Positions 59,115-64,000 of a stretch of 64,000 bases of DNA are shown in pieces. The stretch is taken from assembly GCA_964016885.1 (NCBI GenBank), contig OZ024740.1, positions 406,720,001-406,784,000 of the forward strand, in the 5' to 3' direction. The DNA comes from Eledone cirrhosa. Its lineage: Eukaryota. The notes below the pieces were generated by a model. It was not told where the DNA came from, made no database searches, and saw nothing but the letters and a program-made list of their open reading frames with translations. The position numbers and the translations under genes were made by a program. Positions within the stretch are counted from its first letter, which is position 1; the number at the start of each line of letters is the position of its first letter.

Positions 59115-60677
59115 ATCATCATCATCATCATCATCACCGTTTTACGTCCGTTCTTCCACGCTAGCATGGGTTAGACGGGTTGTCCTGTTGTGGGCAGTGT
59201 CTGGTCGGCTGACCATGCCTTGCTCATACAGGAACTGATCTGGCTTGATTTCTACAGCTGGATGCCCTTCCTAACACCAACCTCATTTACAGTGAATGCT
59301 GGGTGCTTTTTCGTGGCGCCTACACGTCCACTTTACAGTGTGGGCTGGGTGCTTTTTTGCCGTGGCACCTCCACGACCACCTTGCGGTGGGGGGGGGGGG
59401 CATATTGTTTATAAGCTTCAGCATGTACCCATGGGAGGTCGGGTACCCTGTATTACTGCGTGACGCCAGAAGTCACGGTCGTGTGTCATTGACTTTGAGA
59501 GGTGTAGTTGGGTAAGGTCGGCTTTTATCACCTCATCCCAAGTCATCTTGGGTCTCCCCACTCCGCGGTTTCCATCAACTTCTAGTGCTCTGCACCTTTT
59601 TATGCAGCTGTCATCCTTCATACGCATCACATGTCCATACCAGCGTAACCGCCTCTCCTGCACGCAGCATTTGATTCCTCTTATGCTCAGTCTCTCTCTC
59701 AATTCATTTATGCTTTGTCGTTCACGTATATTACTGTTACACATCCATCGGAGCATGCAGGCTTCGTTTCTCTCTAATCTACGTAAGTCTTCCACCTTCA
59801 GCGCCCAGGTCTCACTACCATGCAACATCGCTGTTCGGATACACGCATCATACAGTCTGCCTTTCATTCTGAGGGAGAAGCCTTTTGCAGCTAGCAGTGG
59901 TAGTAGTTCCCTAAACTTCTTCCATCCCGTTCTTACCCTAGTTATTGTACTTTCTGAGCACCCACCTCCGTTGCTAATTCGGTCACCTAGGTAGCAGAAG
60001 CTGTCTACTGTTTCTACAGGGCCCTCCCAGAGATTGGTGGTACTTGTTTCCTGTGGCTGTTTGCTTGCTGTTTCAGCACAGCTGCTGCATGTGAATCCTA
60101 CATTCTTAATTAAGCTTCCTGAGATCCCGCTACATCTCTTGTGTACCCATTGTTTGCATTTGGGGCAAAGAATGGAGTTCCTACCTACACCTTTCCTACA
60201 TACTGAGCAAGGCCATTTCCCTGAGGGGATCTGGGTTCTGTTTTCTCGTCTACTTATAAGGACCTTAGTCTTTGTCATGTTGACTTTGAGGCCCTTTCTC
60301 TCTAGTCCCTGCTTCCAGGTTTGGAATTTATTCTCTAGTTCTACCATAGATTCAGCTATGAGTGCGAGGTCATCAGCATACAGGAGTTCCCATGGGCATC
60401 CGGTCTTAAACTCCTCCGTTATTGCCTGCAGGACTATGATGAACAGGAGAGGGCTAAGAACAGAGCCCTGGTGGACCCCAACCTGTACGCTAAATTCCTC
60501 GCTATACTCATTGCCAATCCTAACTTTGCTGACTGCTCCCCTATACATGGCTTGTACCGCTTTCACAAGCCATTCATCTACTCCTAGTTTTCTAAGAGCC
60601 CACCAGATTACTGCACGTGGAACTCTGTCAAAGGCTTTCTCAAGGTCGACAAATGCCAAGTAGAGTGGCTTACTTTT
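59115..60677 (-). mobile_element. Young 5'-truncated RTE LINE
   Basis: Uninterrupted RT + PHD + C-terminal frame (59418-60659), 3' UTR and (GAT)n tail. Confidence 0.95.
59418..60659 (-). pseudogene. RTE ORF C-terminal 413 aa (open, but 5'-truncated)
   Basis: Motifs DLEKAFD, HQGS, YADD, CSVC...CPKC..WVHKRC...CSSC, YLG, RWYGHV and GRP. Confidence 0.92.
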
Positions 60678-61275
60678 AATATATATATTATATATATATA
60701 TTATATATATATATTAATATATATTATATATATATTAATATACATATTATATATATATATTAATATATATATTATATATATATATTATATATATATTATA
60801 TATATATATATATTAATATATATATTATATATATATTATATATATATATATTAATATATATATTATATATATATATTATATATATATATATATATTATAT
60901 ATATATATGTTATATATATATATGTTATATATATATATGTTATATATATATTATATATATATATATTATATATATATATGTATATATATATATTATATAT
61001 ATATATATATTATATATATGTATATATATATATGTAATATATATAATTATTATATATATATATATTATATATATATATATATTATATATATATATATTAT
61101 ATATATATATATTATATATATATATATTATATATATATATATATTATATATATATATATATATATAATATATATATAATATATATGTATATATATTATAT
61201 ATATATATATTATATATATATAATATATATGTATATATATTATATATATATATATTATATATAATATATATATAT

Positions 61276-61307
<32 letters not shown>

Positions 61308-61328
61308 ATATATATTATATATATATAT

Positions 61329-61383
<55 letters not shown>

Positions 61384-61570
61384 TATATATATATATATTA
61401 TATATATATATATATTATATATATATATATATTATATATTATATATATATATATATTATATATATATATTATATATATATATATATTATATATTATATAT
61501 ATTATATATATATATTATATATATATATATATATTATATATATATATATATTATATATATATATTATACA

Positions 61571-61617
<47 letters not shown>

Positions 61618-61627
61618 ATATATATAT

Positions 61628-61678
<51 letters not shown>

Positions 61679-61680
61679 TA
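60678..61680. repeat. ~1-kb (TA)n-type microsatellite
   Basis: Directly visible. Confidence 0.99.
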
Positions 61681-62504
61681 TCATCATCATCATCATCACC
61701 GTTTTACGTCCGTTCTTCCACGCTAGCATGGGTTAGACGGGTTGTCCTGTTGTGGGCAGTGTCTGGTCGGCTGACCATGCCTTGCTCATACAGGAACTGA
61801 TCTGGCTTGATTTCTACAGCTGGATGCCCTTCCTAACACCAACCTCATTTACAGTGAGTGCTGGGTGCTTTTTCGTGGCGCCTACACGTCCACTTTACAG
61901 TGTGGACTGGGTGCTTTTTTGCCGTGGCACCTCCACGACCACCTTGCGGTGGGGGGGGGGGGGGCATATTGTTTATATGCTTCAGCATGTACCCATGGGA
62001 GGTCGGGTACCCTGTATTACTGCGTGACGCCAGAAGTCACGGTCGTGTGTCATTGACTTTGAGAGGTGTAGTTGGGTAAGGTCGGCTTTTATCACCTCAT
62101 CCCAAGTCATCTTGGGTCTCCCCACTCCGCGGTTTCCATCAACTTCTAGTGCTCTGCACCTTTTTATGCAGCTGTCATCCTTCATACGCATCACATGTCC
62201 ATACCAGCGTAACCGCCTCTCCTGCACGCAGCATTTGATTCCTCTTATGCTCAGTCTCTCTCTCAATTCATTTATGCTTTGTCGTTCACGTATATTACTG
62301 TTACACATCCATCGGAGCATGCAGGCTTCGTTTCTCTCTAATCTACGTAAGTCTTCCACCTTCAGCGCCCAGGTCTCACTACCATGCAACATCGCTGTTC
62401 GGATACACGCATCATACAGTCTGCCTTTCATTCTGAGGGAGAAGCCTTTTGCAGCTAGCAGTGGTAGTAGTTCCCTAAACTTCTTCCATCCCGTTCTTAC
62501 CCTA
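61681..62504 (-). mobile_element. Second, shorter, near-identical copy of the young RTE
   Basis: Matches 59115-59940 with only a few differences, in the 3' UTR. Confidence 0.95.
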
Positions 62505-62842
62505 TTATTGAAGGATTAATTGACCGAATGGATAGTTTTGTTTGCTGTTAGTGTGTCATACAAGATAGAGGAAAGGCACCCTAGAGTGAGACAAATATGT
62601 TTTAAATACTGTTGAATACCAACAGTTGCTCAAGGCAATGTGGCTTGAAAGATTAAATCTGTCATGTGACTTTAGTAGTGTTCTGCATACAAGGTTACTA
62701 AGAGATGTAACTGGAAATAGGTGGGAGGGGAGTTCTAGTATATATAATTCTAAAATTGGCACAAGGCCAACAATTTTGGGAAAAGGTAAAATCAATAATA
62801 TTGATACCACTACTTAACTGGTACTTCAAATCCTTAAATCGC

Positions 62843-62958
62843 TGAGACTCACAGAGATGACAAAGAAATGTGGTGAGTGGAGAGATGCTGTGCCAAGAAG
62901 GACCCATCTAATTCAAGTAAGTATGGAAAAATGGTCATAAAAGTGATGATGATGATGA
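62843..62958 (+). mobile_element. Old RTE 3' fragment (short-tail type)
   Basis: gagatgac...tggagagatgctgtg...(gat)n is homologous to 41805-41920. Confidence 0.65.
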
Positions 62959-62970
62959 TATATATATACT

Positions 62971-63700
62971 TAAAGTCCCTCTTTGGTGAAGGATGCGCCT
63001 CCAAACATAACCTAGTAGTTAGCAACCTTATAGATAGGGCTAGATGAGCTCGGTGACAGAGGACAATGTGGAGGAGAATATGAAAGTTAAAGAATCCATC
63101 AGCCAGTAACAAATTTAGAGGTATGTTGCTTGATGCTTAGACAGTAATGAAGAGACATACAATATAGAGGAGCAGTGGAAGTTCCTGCAAAATAACCTAC
63201 TGAAGACAACAAACGAAGTCTGTGGTTGGAGCAGGTATCTAGAGAGGAGAGAGACTTAGAGGTGGAATAGTAGGGTGGAGGAGATAATTAGGCCAAAAGA
63301 CAGGCAAGGAAAGAATGGGGGAAGTAGAGAACACTACCAAGAGGCTAGGAAAGAAGCTCGGTGACAAGTATACTTTGTAAGCAATAAAAAGTGTCCTGTC
63401 CATAATGTAAGGTGGTCGTGTGGGTGACATGACAAAAATCGCCCCATCTTCACTGTTGGTGTCATGACAAAAAGTGTCCAGTCCACACTGTAAAATGGTT
63501 GTTTTGGTGCCACGATAAAAAGCACCCAGTCCACACTGTAAATGTGGTTAGTGTTACGAAAGGCATCCCGCCATAGAAACCAAGCCAGAAACATTTCTGT
63601 ATGAGCAAGACATGGTCATCTGATCTGGCTTGTCTCAAATGAGACAACTCATCTAACCCAAGCTAGTGTGGAAAAATGGATGTAAAACAATGTTGAATGA
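62971..63700 (+). mobile_element. Old internally deleted RTE derivative
   Basis: 62971-63378 aligns to RTE 44137-44570, then jumps directly to 3' UTR-like sequence homologous to 43186-43410. Confidence 0.7.
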
Positions 63701-64000
63701 AAATGTGAGTAGCCTAAATACAAAAAAAATGACTGTAATAACAGGCGATCACTACAAATAATACCCGAGATTTTCTATTAATTATAGTCAGCAACTTATT
63801 AGTCTTTTTTGGCGTTTGGGACATCCACATTTTCAAATTCTCTCAGTGCTTCGTAAATCATTAGAATTTGTTTACATTCTAGCTATAAAGCTATATAGCA
63901 CCTTAATGAAGTGGTTAACAGATTATTCGAGAGATGTGGGGTTTAATTCCTTGCCGGCACTTCTGTCCACCTTTTTTTTCCATCTCTAAGTGTTTTTCAA

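Overview
Repeat-dominated, AT-rich eukaryotic DNA with no recognisable host gene. The SINE types, RTE families and long (TA)n tracts suggest an octopus or other cephalopod (inference). There are three large satellite arrays: 29/43-bp at 1-4005, 52/38-bp at 8341-23922 and 65-bp at 31081-36765. Transposons include two copies of a Tx1/L1-clade LINE flanked by (TCTG)n, a Penelope-like element (RT + GIY-YIG, Naiad-like) inserted in (TA)n, several RTE LINEs carrying a PHD finger, a DD37D (maT) Tc1/mariner deletion derivative, hAT and CRE remnants, and tRNA-derived SINEs. The most striking signal is in the Penelope-like element. Its two ~139-bp terminal direct repeats each carry a minimal hammerhead ribozyme and differ by 10 substitutions, all A (5' copy) versus G (3' copy) and none 3' of a G. 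These changes destroy the GAAA core and cleavage triplet of the 3' ribozyme, which looks like ADAR A-to-I hyper-editing written back into the genome by reverse transcription. All alignments and folds were done by eye; no searches were run.
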